From: Octopus vulgaris
Taxonomy: Eukaryota
Direction of reading: 5' to 3'
NCBI GenBank assembly: GCA_951406725.2
Contig: OX597824.1
Location: forward strand, 83,886,001 to 83,950,000
DNA: 64,000 bases
Shown here: positions 1-13,335 of the stretch, one piece after another
Numbering within the stretch: position 1 is the stretch's first letter
How the letters are laid out: every line of letters begins with the position of its first letter
Notes under the pieces: model-generated
The model's input: only the letters and a program-made list of their open reading frames with translations
The model's database searches: none
Told to the model about the DNA's origin: nothing
Made by a program: the position numbers and the translations under genes

Positions 1-16
1 GATCACTGAGCCCCCA

Positions 17-400
17 GAAACAGCTGTTAGACTTATAACATCTTCCTTCCACCCCTTTACTTTTCTCTGTCATTTGTACTCTGTGTAAGTTGGACCTATT
101 AATATAAATATCTATATATTTGTACTTAAATATTCATCATCTGAATGTTTCCACCTTTTGCTTTCTCTTTTTTTGAATGTATACACATATACATATTCTG
201 TATTTGATGTATTTAGTATATTGATGTGTCTAATTTGTCTATCTGCATAATTACCTCTATACCCACTCAACTTGATCCCTTTTAAAGCTTTTCTCTACCT
301 TGTGGAATGATCCCCTGTAAAGATATTGGATTTTATGTATGAATCTTTTGAGCACTACTAAGTGCCTTCTATACAGAGAATATCCGGATCTCATCTGTGA
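17..400 (+). mobile_element. Penelope-like terminal remnant carrying the 3' half of a hammerhead motif
   Basis: GAAACAGCTGTTAGAC at 17-32 matches the 3' half of the 15735 motif; the 5' half lies outside the window. Ends in a (TA)n tract. Confidence 0.4.
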
Positions 401-406
401 ACTATA

Positions 407-469
<63 letters not shown>

Positions 470-567
470 AGAAACACACAAAAGCCGTTCGATTCACTAT
501 TTAGTTTAATTTGTCAAAATATTTTCGTCGCTAAAATCCGCGACCTGTTCACTGACAAAGTCCGTGC

Positions 568-612
<45 letters not shown>

Positions 613-853
613 GATTGCATATACATGCATGACTGTGTTAATAATGTTTCTTCTAAACCACAAGGTTCTGGGTTCAGTCCCACTGCATGGCACCCTGGGA
701 AAGAGTCTTCTACTATAGCCTCAGGCCAATCAGAACCTTATGGGTGGTTTTGGTTGATGGAAACTGAAAGAGGCCCGTAGTGTGTGTGTGTGTGTGCATA
801 TCTGTGTCATTGTGTGCTTCTTTATTAGATCAGTAGACACACACACACACATA

Positions 854-1070
854 CAAGGGGATGTTGAAAACTTCTTGGCCTTAAGTGCATTGTGAAAGGC
901 CTGATTGGAAACTGAACCATCCTAGTCCTTTTGCAGTGGTTAGAAAAACTGAAGGGCTGCTGCACAAAATGTGTGAATCTGAGAGGGGAATCAGATCAAT
1001 AAAATCATAATTAACTGATCCTTCTGTTTTTCCCTTTACCCAAAGCCAGGAACTTTTCAGCAGCACCTCA
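854..1070. mobile_element. Tc1/mariner-type MITE; second copy at about 5478-5695
   Basis: Imperfect TIRs (TG)TTGAAAACTTCTTGGC / GCCAGGAACTTTTCAGCA; interior shared with the second copy. Confidence 0.65.
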
Positions 1071-1098
1071 TATATATATATATATAATTATATATATA

Positions 1099-1506
1099 GG
1101 CGTTGGAGTGGCTGTGTGGTAAGTAGCTTGCTTACCTACCACATGGTTCCGGGTTCAGTCCCCCTACATGGCATCTTGGGCGAGTGTCTTCTACTATAGC
1201 CTTGGGCCGACCAAAGCCTTGTGAGTGGATTTGGTAGACGGAAACTGAAAGAAGCCCATCGTATATATGTATATGTATATGTGTATATGTTAGTGTGTAT
1301 ATGTTAGTGTGTGTGTGTTTGTCCCCCCAACATCGCTTGACAACAAATGCTGGTGTGTTTACGTCCCTGTAACTCAGCGGTTCGGCAAAAGAGACTGATA
1401 GAATAAGTACTAGGCTTACAAAGAATAAGTCCTGGAGTCGATTTGCTCGACTAAAGGTGGTGCTCCAGCATGGCCACAGTCAAATAACTGAAACAAGTAA
1501 AAGAGT
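1099..1506 (+). mobile_element. tRNA-derived SINE family A, full length; more than 25 copies or fragments in the window
   Basis: A box TGGCTGTGTGG and B box GGTTCAGTCCC, internal (TA/TG)n, 3' end GACTGAAACAAGTAAAAGAG. Approximate other copies: 1515-1678(-), 2215-2630(+), 7643-8040(+), 19037-19430(+), 29243-30124(-), 32103-32480(+), 32925-33255(+), 44228-44612(+), 57172-57633(-), 61147-61548(+), 61935-62322(-), 62400-62740(-). Confidence 0.88.
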
Positions 1507-3899
1507 ATATATATGATGGGATTCTTTTCAGTTTCTGCCTACCAAATCCACTCACAAAGCTTTGGTCAGCCCAATGATATAGTAGAAGACACTTGCCTAA
1601 GGTGTCATGCAGTGGTACTGAACCCAGAGCCATGTGGTTGGTAAGCAAGCTACTTATCACACAGCCACTCCTACGCCTATATAAGGTAGTCCAGGGGTAG
1701 GAAAGTCAGATAGAAGAACAATCAGAATCAAAGAGTTACAGCAGTAGGAAGACGGACAGACAACAACTGGCATAAGAAATGTATTTATCTGAAAAATTGC
1801 ATATTCAATTTACATTATGTAATTAGTTCATCTCTTTAAAATCATTATGAATGGTTGAAAGACTGGTTGATATAACAATGCATATAATACAAGCAGGTGA
1901 AATACTTAGACAACATTGTCAGTATACATAAAAGCAAAGCAATGTATCCACTAGCGTGGATTTTGATAGCTCTATGCAATGGAGAAACTACATTCGCTTA
2001 AGAAAATGAAGGGCTTTCGTATTGTCAGTTATTGTATCGACAGAGGAAAGTAATTTTCAGCCATTCATGAAATAGTGACAATTCATGAATAATGTCAACA
2101 CTCATATTCATTGTCCAAGAAATACAGACAGATTGATAAAGAAAGAAAGCGAGAAATCTTATAATTTTAATTTTGTGTTTCAGGCATTATGTGTATATAC
2201 ATCTATAAATTTCTTCAGGTGTGGCTGTGTGGTAAGCAGCTTGCTTGCAAACCACATGGTTCCAGGTTAAGTCCCACTGCATGGCTCCTTGGGCAAGCGT
2301 CTTCTACTACAGCCTCAGACAAACCTAAGCCTTGTGAGTGGGTTTGGTAGATGGAAACTGAAAGAAGCCCATCGTATATATATTTGTGTATATATCTATG
2401 TGTGTGTGCCTTTGTGTCTGTATTTGTACCCTTATCAACTTTTGACATCCAATGTTGGTGTGTTTACATCCCCATAACTTAGCGGTTTGCTAAAAGAAAT
2501 CAATAGAATAAGTGTTAGGCTTACAAAGAATTAGTCCTGGGATCAATTTGTTTTTCAACTAAAACCCCTTAAGATAGTGTTCCAGCATGGCTGCAGTCAA
2601 ATGACAGAAACAAGTGAAAGAGTAAAAGAATATATGTATACATATATCAATATAAATATATATATATATGGATCTAGGAATTTTCCTCTAAAACACTTTG
2701 GTCTAATGGGCTATGGTCTAAAGAACTTTGATCTAAAGTGACTTTTGTATAAATGTACTATAGTCTAAAGACATTTTTGTCTAAACTCACTTTGGTCTTA
2801 TAACTATTTTGTCTATAGAATCTCAAAAAGGAATGCAAAAGATCTAAATAACTATACTCTAATAATCCTTTATGTCTTTAGATGAAAACGCTTTTAGACC
2901 TAAGTGCTGTATCCCGTATATATGTGTATATATATATATATATCATTCATATAAATACAGTGTACATTTAAACACATAAGAGATGACCATCATAGGACAC
3001 CTAACATGCTAGAAGGTGTAGCCAAAATCCAAACCACTATTAGGGGTAATTTCGAAGGGAATGAAAAATAAAAACATTTACTATCTATCTCCTGGCCAAT
3101 GGTTTTGAACTCTAATTAGCAAACAAAGTAATTTGCTAGGCGAAGCTCTAATCAGCGGGAACGCCAAAAGATTAACATGTAAGTACAAGGCAATACGGTA
3201 CATGTATATATATACGCATGCACACACTCCAGGCTTCTTTCAGTTTCCATCCACCAGATTCACTATCAAGGCTGATTAGCCTAGGGTAATAGTACAGACA
3301 CATACTCAAGGTGCCACTCAGTGGGACTGAACCCAGAAACACATGGCTGGAAAGCAAGCTTCTCAATCTCAGAGGCATATCAGTACCAATGCCATGTCTA
3401 TGTTGTTAATCATTTTCCCTTCACTCAATTAACAATTGGTACATCTGAGTAATTAATAGCCATGCTTAATTAGGAACGCACATTTGTTTTCATCAAAATT
3501 ATATAGTATTATGTATATATCCAATGTGAAAGCACATGACTTAGTGATTAGGGTATTCAGCTTACAATCACAAGGTCGTGAGTTCAATTCCCAGCAGCAT
3601 GTTGTGTCCTTGAGCAAGACTCTTTATATCACATTACTCCAATCCTTCAACTGGCAAAAATGAGTAGTACCCATATTTCAAAGAGCCAGTCTTGTCACAC
3701 TCTGTGTCACACTGAATGTCCCTGAGAACTCTGTTATGGGTATGAATGTTTGTAGAGTGCTTGGCCACATGCACACTAATTTCACAAGCAAGCTGATCCG
3801 TTGATTGGATCAACTAGAACCCTTGTCATCGTAACCGACAGAGTACCGATATATATCCAATACTGATTTTTGGGTGTCTTTTTTTTCTCTCTGTTGTAG

Positions 3900-4092
3900 C
3901 TGGCGTCCGAATGATTCGTCTTGGAGAAAACAATATTGAGTATAGCATGGATTTCCAATTCTACATCACAACTAAACTAAGGAACCCTCACTACCTGCCA
4001 GAAATAGCTACCAAAGTATCACTGCTAAACTTCATGATAACACCAGAAGGTCTTGAAGATCAACTGTTGGAAATAGTTGTTGCCAAAGAACG
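3900..4092 (+). CDS. DNAH12: Axonemal dynein heavy chain (DNAH12-like), internal exon a (AAA5 region)
   Basis: Acceptor ctgttgtag| and donor CG|gtaag. Translates GVRMIRLGENNIEYSMDFQFYITTKLRNPHYLPEIATKVSLLNFMITPEGLEDQLLEIVVAKER. The FYITTKLRNPHY and LLNFMITPEGLEDQLL motifs are dynein AAA5; ATKVSLLNF/VVAKERP match DNAH12 better than DNAH7 or DNAH3 as I recall them. Confidence 0.93.
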
Positions 4093-4169
4093 GTAAGATT
4101 TACTCTCTCAGTTTTGTTTTTGACACCAACTCTTTACATATATTTGAGGCATTTAAAGACACATGCACA

Positions 4170-4206
<37 letters not shown>

Positions 4207-4708
4207 AAATTGAAAATAATAAGAAAGGATAATGATAAATTGTGGTGGAGATGATGTTTATTGTGAAACATCAGAATAAGAGTGAAAAGAGAGATAAAGC
4301 TTGCTCAGTGTCATAATAGAAAAAGAAAGTGAGAGACTGAGTGAGAGTGGGAGTTAAAGCAAACATGCAAGAGAAAGATCAGAAAGTAAAATGATGGGAG
4401 GTTGAAAGGTAGGAGGTTGGAAGTGGAGGGGAGAAAGATGGTATATGAATACATAGCAAAGTCTGTGACATCACCGCATCTTTTGTTGCTCACACACTCA
4501 TTCTTATCTCTCTTTCTCTCTCTCTCTCTCTCCCTCTCTCACTCACTCACTCTCTGCATTTGTTTGAAGTAGTTTTTGATATATAAAATAATGGTATCAT
4601 TAGTTGAAAGTATTAGTTCACTGCATGTAATAAAATGCCAAGAACTTCTGTATAACTGTGTATAGGCATGTTTGTCAGTCTGTGTGTATGTATGTAAATG
4701 CGTGTGTG

Positions 4709-4751
<43 letters not shown>

Positions 4752-5177
4752 ATACATTTCATGATTTTCTACAAACTTCTAATGGTTTTGCAGTTTTCAA
4801 AATAACTGGTATTTCCATGGGTACTGCTAGTATAATGTGCACATATAGTGCTATTCACTAATATTCTATTTTATCATATTTTTATATTTTTATTATCATA
4901 TTACTATTATTATTATTATTATCATCGTCATTGTCGTCATCATCATCATCATCATCATTTAATGTCTGTTCTTCCATTTGTATTATTTTGAATAGAAATG
5001 AAATGAGTTCACAAATCTAAACTTGTGTAACATTCTCTTCACTGAAATACAATTTCACATATTTTTATGGTATATTTTTTCAGTTTCAATTTATGGAGCT
5101 GTTACACACAACTTTTAAATGCATTGATATTCCTCCCAGCCTTTCTCATCTGTCTGTCTGTCTGTCTGTCTGTCTGC

Positions 5178-5267
<90 letters not shown>

Positions 5268-6296
5268 GTTTATCTATCTATCTAAGTTAAAATCCTGCTG
5301 AGAGGTCAGCTTTACGTTTCATCCCTTAAGGGCTGATAAAATAAATTAGCAGCCAAATACTGAATTTAATGATATCGGCTAACTCTCTCCCCTCTGAATT
5401 GTTGTCCTTGTACCTAAATTAGAAACCATATACTTTTAGATTCAACACCACTGTGGTACCTTGAGTAAGTATCTTCTACGAGAAGTTACTGAAAAGTTCC
5501 GGTCTTTAAGAGTACTACAAAAAGCCTGGTCAGAGGCACAAGCTTCTGAGTTCTTTTACAGGGCTTAGAAAAACTGAAGGACCACTGCAATAAGTGTGTG
5601 AATCTGAGAAGAGAATATGTTAAATAAAATCATAATTATCTGATTCTCCTGTATTTTCTTTTATCTAAAGCCAAGAACTTTTCAGCACCCCTACGTATTG
5701 TAGCCCCTGGGTTCAATATGACCCACAGTAAATTCCTTATGGCTGTGCCCCAGCATAATCATCATCATTGTCATCATCATTTAACGTGTGTCCTTCATGG
5801 GTGGAATGGTTTGATAGGAGCTGGCAAGCCAGAGGACTGCACCAAGTCCCATTGTCTGTTTTGGCATGGATTTCATAGCTGAATGCCCTTCCTAATGTCA
5901 ACCACTTTACAGAAAGGCGGCAAGCTGGCAGAAATGTTAGCACGCCGGGTGAAATGCTTTGTGGTATTTCGTCCGCCACTGCCTTCTGAGTTCAAATTCC
6001 GCAGAGGTCGACTTTGCCTTTCATCCTTTCGGGGTCGATAAATTAAGTACCAGTTATGCACTGGGGTCGATGTAATCGACTTAATTCCTTTGTCTGTCCT
6101 TGTTTGTCCCCTCTATGTTTAGCTCCTTGTGGGCAATAAAGAAATAAGAATGGACTGGATGCTTTTCATGTGGCACCAGCACTGGCAAGGTCTGTTTTGG
6201 CATGGTTTTATGGTTTGATATCCTTCAGTAGCTGAAAAACAGTAAAAGAGTTAAAAGACTTACATTTTCCTTTTGGTATTTCTTTTCTTCTCTCAG

Positions 6297-6489
6297 ACCA
6301 GAACTAGCTGAAGAACGCCAGGCTTTAATTTTTCAAAGTGCTGCCAATAAGAGACAACTGAAAGAAATTGAAGACAAAATTTTGCACACTTTGTCAGAAT
6401 CCAAAGGAAATATTCTGGAAGATGAATCAGCAATTCAGATTTTGGATTCATCGAAAATTCTGTCCAATGACATCTCAAAGAAACAAATG
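6297..6489 (+). CDS. DNAH12: DNAH12-like internal exon b (strut/buttress coiled coil)
   Basis: Acceptor ttctctcag|A completes the CGA codon. PELAEERQALIFQSAANKRQLKEIEDKILHTLSESKGNILEDESAIQILDSSKILSNDISKKQM; donor ATG|gtttgt (phase 0). Not in the ORF track in this frame. Confidence 0.93.
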
Positions 6490-6742
6490 GTTTGTAATTT
6501 CTTTTATTATTCCAGGAACTGAATACATATGCAATATGACAGGCATGGCTGTGTGGTGAAGAATCTTGCTCTGTAACCACATGGTTTCTGGTTCAGTCCC
6601 ACTGTGTGGCACCCAGGGCAAACGTTTTCTATGATAGTCCTGACCTGACCAATGCCTTACAAGTGAATTTGGTTGACTGAAACGGTTTGGAAGTGTATCA
6701 CATATATGTGTATATATGTGTGTATGTGTTTTTATATATATA

Positions 6743-6991
6743 TTGGGCTGGTGCATAATTATTGTGGCACATTTTCAACAAATTTTATTCAACAAAAATA
6801 ACAGTATTTAACAAAAACATCTTTAAATGATGATCTGACCATCAGCCAAGCAAATGGGAAGCAGTAATTGAAGTGGATGGTGAATATGCTCCGGAATAAT
6901 CATTTAAGGATGTTTTTGTTACATGTCATTATTGCTTTTGTTGAGTAAAATTTGTTGAAAAAAAGCCGCAATAATTATGCACCAACTCAAC
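6743..6991. mobile_element. mariner-type MITE
   Basis: TIRs TTGGGCTGGTGCATAATTATTGTGGC / GCCGCAATAATTATGCACCAACTCAA. Confidence 0.75.
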
Positions 6992-7029
6992 ACACACACA
7001 CACACACATGCACATGTGTGTGTGGGTTA

Positions 7030-7212
7030 CAGGTAAGTTCACTGCCATCAATTCACCGCGAAGAAAAAATTCTATTGAGGAGAAATTTCACTGAGAAAAT
7101 ATATTCATAGTATCTCACCATTATTAGTTAAAAACTATTTTACTGAAAAAACCAATGCTTTCATGATGGTGAACTTTCCCTGAAGTGAATTGATGACGGT
7201 GAACTTATCAGA
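7030..7212. mobile_element. MITE with ~25-bp TIRs
   Basis: GGTAAGTTCACTGCCATCAATTCAC / GTGAATTGATGACGGTGAACTTATC. Confidence 0.6.
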
Positions 7213-9134
7213 CATGATGTGTGTGATCGTCATCCCTACTGCTTGACATCTACTGTTGATTTCTTTATGTCCCTGAAACTTAGTGGTTCAGCAGTAGAGA
7301 CTAATAGAATAAGTATACAATTATCATCACCAACCCCTGGACTTTACTTCTTGAGTCCTATAGCTCATACGGCTGGTTACCCTGTTTTCATGGCCTGTAT
7401 GTGACCAAGATCACAACAAACATTTCCCTTGAACAGGATACCAGTCTGTTACAGGGTTACCTACTAACAGCTGAATGGATTAGAGCAACAGGAAATGAAG
7501 TGTTTTGCTCAAAAACACAATGCATTACCTAGTCTGTGAATTGAAACCATGATCTTGTGAGTCATGAGTGTAACATCTTAACCACTAAGCCATGCACCTT
7601 CGCATCGAGTAAATACCAGACGTAAAAAAAAAACTAAAACATAGGCACAGGCGTGGCTGTGTGGTAAGAAGCTTGCTTCCCTACCACATAGCTCTGGGTT
7701 CAGTCCCACCGTGTGACACCTTTGGCTATTGTCTTCTACTATAGCCTTGGGCCTACCAAAGCCTTGTGAGTGGATTTAGTAGACAGAAACTGATAGTAGC
7801 CTGTCATATATATATATATGTATGTATTTGTGTGTTTGTGTTTGTTCCCCCACCATCATTTGACAACTGAAGTTGGTGTGTTTACATCCCCGTAACTTAT
7901 CAGTTCAGCAAAAGAGACTGATAGAATAAGTACTAGGCTTACAAAGAATAAGTCCTGGGGTCGATTTGTTTAACTAAAACCCCTCAAGGCTGTGCTCCAG
8001 CATGACTGCAGTCAAATGACTAAGACAAGTAAAAGAATAAAGTATTGCCCTTGTGGGCAATAAAGAAATAAGAATAAAGTTTTGAGATGGATTTGTTTAC
8101 TGAAAATCCTTCAAGGCTGTGTCCCAGTTTGGCCACAGTCCAATGACTTGAAGTGAATAAAAGATAAGAAAAATGGCAGAAATAATTATCATTAAAAATT
8201 TATTAGTATTTTATCTTTCTTTTTTTTCTTTGCTACTGTGCTGCTGATATTCAACATCATATATATTCATTTCAGTTTTGCATTAATAAACCATTACCAT
8301 AACCTTCTTTACTTTGTTTGGATCTTAGCCCTGTTATGTTGTCTGTAACTTGTTTTATAGCTTCTTTATTAATTAATGTTTTCTGATATAATCAATATGT
8401 TCAGTATTACACCATTTTCAAAGAATGAGGGATTGTCAAAGAAGACATTTGCCCTATGATATGTAAATAAAAAAAAAGAATAAAACTAAATTTACCGTTA
8501 CTAATATTATTATTATACAATTATTATAATTATTAAGGTGCGCTGGCAGATTCGTTATTGTGCAAAATCCTGAGTAGCAGTTCTTTCAGTTTAATGTTCT
8601 GAGTTCAAATTCCACCAGGGTCGACTTTGCCTTCCATCTTAGGGTTGGTGTAGCCAACTTACTTCCTCAAAATTGCAGGTTTTGTGCTAAATTAAGTGTT
8701 GTGGCAGACACCCCCAAGTGAGAAGTGGGCTGTTCCACTACTGATAAATAGTGGACAGAGACAGCAAGCAGTGTCAGTCGGTGAGGTGTGCCGTACAGGC
8801 AGTCACACAAATGATGAAATACGTCATCATAATGCAGGATATATCATTAAGAAAGAATTGTTGTTTTACTTATTATTATAACATGGTATCTGAGTTCTAA
8901 TTCCGCCAAGGTCGATTTTTGCCTTTCATCCTTTCAGGGTCAATAGATTAAGTACCAGTCAAGCACTGGGGTTGACATACTCAGTTAGACCCTTCCCTAC
9001 GAATTTTTGACATACTCAGTTAGACCCTTCCCTATGAATTTCAGGCCATTGTGCCTATAGAAGAAAATATTATTATAGCATATCATAAGGTGGCAAGCTG
9101 ACAGAATTGTTATCATGCCAGGTAAAGTACTTTT

Positions 9135-9520
9135 CGTCATTTCAATTTCCTTTATATTCCTCTTGATGCCTTTTGATATTGTTCCCAAGGACCCAACAAT
9201 AATTGGCACTATCTTCACCTTCTTCATTTTCCATATCCGGGCCATTTCTTACTTAAGACGGTTGTATCTATCTTTTCATCTTCTTTCTTGACTGTTCGTG
9301 GGTCAAAGGGGCATGCAACATCAACCATATAGCTTATGAGGTTCACATTGTCCCCCACCACCAGGTCCAGTCTGTTATGCTCTAGCACCTGATCTGTTTG
9401 GATTGGGAAATCTCAAAGGATTTTGCTAGTCTCCAACTCTACCACACCCTGCAGTTTGTGCTCATATTATGTCTTGCTTCTCTCTAGCCACCACTTTTTG
9501 CACAGTTTCCAGTGTAGCAC
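9135..9520 (-). mobile_element. R4/Dong-like non-LTR retrotransposon fragment (restriction-like endonuclease region), degraded
   Basis: Minus-strand translation DFPIQTDQVLEHNRLDLVV...DVACPFD...IDRYNRLK*EMARIWKMKKVKIVPIIVGSLG, with a frameshift and a stop. Confidence 0.75.
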
Positions 9521-9586
9521 TTATCATTATTGTTATTATTATCATCATCATCATCATTAGTATTATTATTATTATTATTATTATTA

Positions 9587-9955
9587 TCTCTCTATATATA
9601 AACGGCAAAATGTTTGTCTGTGTGTGTGTCCTTTATACAAATCTGCAATTTTTCAGTTAGAGGGCTTGCACTTTCTATGGTCATTCAAAACCCATCCAAG
9701 GGTGGTTGTACACATCTTTACATTTCCCCAGTCACCCCGCAAAGCCATTAAAAAATCAATAGAAGTGACTTTTTTGTGAATTTTCTATCCAAAACCCAAT
9801 CAAAATGCCCGAAACTTGATACGCCAATTGAATGCCAGCTAGCTGTATGTGATTGGTCAGAGATTTGGACAGTATTCGCGTGTATGTGCGCACACACGCA
9901 GCTGTATATGCATGCACTAGCACTATGACCCGGTGTTGCTGGGTCATAGTGCTAG
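9587..9955 (+). mobile_element. Non-autonomous Helitron
   Basis: A|TC...CTAG|T ends. 3' hairpin ACTAGCACTATGACCCGG...CTGGGTCATAGTGCTAGT. Confidence 0.75.
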
Positions 9956-10236
9956 TTATTATTATCATCATCATTATTATTATTATTATTATTATTATCA
10001 TCATCATCATTATTTGTTGCTGTTGTTGTTTTGCCAGTATTCGATTACTAGATATCAATCTTCAACCAACAACCTTAGATATTTAACACCTTTCTAACCA
10101 TTCTTGCTGTGTAGATCAAACAATCTTTCTTATTATTTTTCACTGGTTTCATTTCGAATATATTATTTCTATGAAAAAGTAACTGGAAACATTTTATTGT
10201 TTTATTCAGGTAAGAATGAAAGAAAAAGTAAAAGAA

Positions 10237-10268
<32 letters not shown>

Positions 10269-11994
10269 TGGGAATGTAGGGGAGAGAGAGAGAGAGAAGG
10301 AAAAAAGCAAGAGAGGGGTAGAGAAGGTAAAAGAGAGAGTAGGAAAAGGAGAAAAAGAGAAAGTGTTTCCAAAGTAAGAATTGAATCAGAAGACAGAATT
10401 TATATCTGTAAAAATATGGTTTCTATCAATTGACAATTGCATAGAATTGGAAACCAGTAATACCAGATCCAATGTAGTTGTGTGTGTGTGTGTGTGCGTG
10501 CATGCGTGTGTGTGTGTGGATCAAAAGGCTGAGGAAGAAACACGGTGACCATCAATCAATTCCAGAGAGTTGCAGGAACTGACTGAGCCAGCAGGTGTAA
10601 TTAATTATTGTGTAAAGGAATTTAACAGTTAACATTTAACAGAGAGAGACAGACAGACAGACAGACAGAGGCAGAGTGAAAAAGAGAGAGAGAGAGAGAG
10701 AGAGAGCAAAAGAAATTTATTCTCTTTATTTGTCATTGCTCCCATAATTCCATCATAGCAGATGGTTAATTAGATCTTGAATGATTTGTAAACAATTTGA
10801 CTGACAAATATGATGAAGTATTTTCCAGCATTTATCTTTTACAATCTGCTGGCAATTTCCGACGAAATTTTTCAAAACAGATTGCAGAAAGAGAGAGAAA
10901 AATAAGAAAATGACACAAATTTGAAGGAAAAATATATTTTCAAAAATTTTCAAAAATCTATCTTTTAAAATAATAATTATAATGATGATTTCTTTTCTTT
11001 TATTACTGATAATAATGATATATAATAATAATAATAATAATTACCATGCCTGAAATTTTTTGAGGTAAGGAGCTAGTTGATTTAATTGACCCCAATGGTC
11101 AACTGATACTTCGTTCACCAACCCAAAAGGACGAAAGGCGAAGTCAAGCTTGATGGCATTTGAATATTATTTATCTTTTACAATCTGCTGGCAATTTCTG
11201 ACAAAATTTTTCAAAACAATTTTCAGAAAGAGAGTGAAAAATTAGAAAATGACACAAATTTGAAGGAAAAATATATTTAAAAAAAATTTTCAAAAATCTA
11301 TCTTTTAAAATAATAATTATATTGGCGATTTCTTTTCTTTTATTACTGATTATAATGATGATTTATAATAATAATAATCACAAGGCCTGAAATATTTTGA
11401 TTATTATTATTATAAATCATCATTATAATCAGTAATAAAAGAAAAGAAATCGCCAATATAATTATTATTTTAAAAGATAGATTTTTGAAAATTTTTTTAA
11501 ATATATTTTTCCTTCAAATTTGTGTCATTTTCTAATTTTTCACTCTCTTTCTGAAAATTGTTTTGAAAAATTTTGTCAGAAATTGCCAGCAGATTGTAAA
11601 ATATAAATAATATTCAAATGCCATCAAGCTTGACTTCGCCTTTCGTCCTTTTGGGTTGGTGAACAAGTATCAGTTGACCATTGGGGTCAATTAAATCAAC
11701 TAGCTCCTTACCTCAAAAATTTCAAAAAATTTATTATTATATTATTATTATTATTATTATTATATATCATTATTATCAGTAATAAAAGAAAAGAAATCAT
11801 CATTATAATTATTATTTTAAAAGATAGATTTTTGAAAAATATTTTGAGGGAAGGAGCTAGTTGATTTAATTGACCCAGTGATCAATTGATACTTATTTTA
11901 TCAGCCTCAAAAGAATGAAGGTCAAACTTGATGGCATTTGAATAATAATAATGATGATGACAATAGCAATAATGATAGATCCATGCAACACCAG

Positions 11995-12535
11995 GCAGTG
12001 GTTCTCATGGTTTCTCATCTTAACTGATTGGAAGTGTTATCATGTGCATTGTTTTGTCTTGATATAAAAGACGGCCTACAGCAAATATTCTGCTCAATAC
12101 CACAGATTTCCTTGTCAGTTGTTTGACCATAACCAGTTGAGCATGTCCCTTGGTGGTCGAGGATATGTGCATTTCTGATCACAAGCAGAAGTAGAGGGGG
12201 AGCATCATAGCCATGTGTTGAGAGGAATTCTTTGGGGTTTGGATAATTCACCTCTGGAAAAATGGGTGTTTTGTTCATTATCTTTAAACAACTCTTATTC
12301 ATAGACCTTTTGAGTGGGATAGGCTACTCAACTTGAAGAAAATTCTAACTGGGCCCTTAACTGCAAGATTATGCACTGTTTATCTTGAGATCATTATATA
12401 GCACACCTGTGGTTGTGATGCATGTGCCTGATGTACCCTTAACAGACAGGTAGTCATAGTAAGTATATTGGGCTTCATATATTTGTATCCCAGGGTCAGT
12501 TTGTTGGCATGCACTGCTCTCACAATGATAATAAT
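11995..12535 (+). mobile_element. Interspersed repeat, probable non-LTR 3' end with (AAT)n tail; second copy 45705-46238 (-)
   Basis: About 530-bp homology between the two loci in opposite orientation. Confidence 0.7.
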
Positions 12536-13099
12536 TTCTTTTATTTTGGCACATCATTATCATCGTTTAACGTCCGTTTGCCATGCTGGGATGGGTTGGA
12601 CAGTTCAACTGGGGTCTGGGAAGCCATGAGGGGGTCTACTAGATGAAATCGACCTTAGTGCTTGGTTGGTTCTTACTTTATTGACCCTGAAAGAAGGAAT
12701 GGCAAAGTCAGTGGCATATGAACAATAGTGATAATAATAATAGTAATAATGATAATGATAATAATAATAATTTGAAGAAAGAAGGAAAAATAATAATAAT
12801 AAATAATTTTGACACAAGGCCAGCAATTTTGAGGGAGGAGGTAAGTTGGTTACATTGGCCCCAGTGCTCAGCTTGATACTTATTTTATTGACCCCAAAAG
12901 GATGAAACGCAAAGTTCACCCTGGTGGAGGTTGAACTCAGAACATGAAGACAAATGAAACGCTGCTAAGCATTTAACCCAACAAGCTAATTATTCTGCCA
13001 GCTTGATGACCTAATACTAATGATAATAATAATAATAATAATAGCAACAATAACAATAACAACAACAATAATAATAACAATATAATAATAATTAGTTAG

Positions 13100-13335
13100 T
13101 TAATTTTTGGGCTCAAAAAGCAAGGTCATGTAGGGGGACATGGAGTTATGTACAGGGTGGTGTTCATGTAAAGAGTTCAGGCCACTTGTGGTCAAGGGAG
13201 ACTTTGAATCGAGCGGTCGTTGGCATCTTCACTATCTCGTCCGGCAGCTTATTCCATGGATCCGCAACCCGGACGGAGAAAGCCCCTCTCCTTCGATTGA
13301 GATGAAATCGTCGCAGATAGAGCTTTTTGGAGTGA
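13100..13335 (-). mobile_element. CR1/L2-type LINE 3' end fragment
   Basis: HSKKLYLRRFHLNRRRGAFSVRVADPWNKLPDEIV (GH..KL...F..RV...WN.LP motif), then 3'UTR and a (TAT)n tail. Confidence 0.8.

Noticed and set aside
10753-10953. Minus-strand ORF ending QSVLKNFVGNCQQIVKDKCWKIL...
   Set aside because: No recognisable homology, no convincing splice pair, and partly inside the local duplication.
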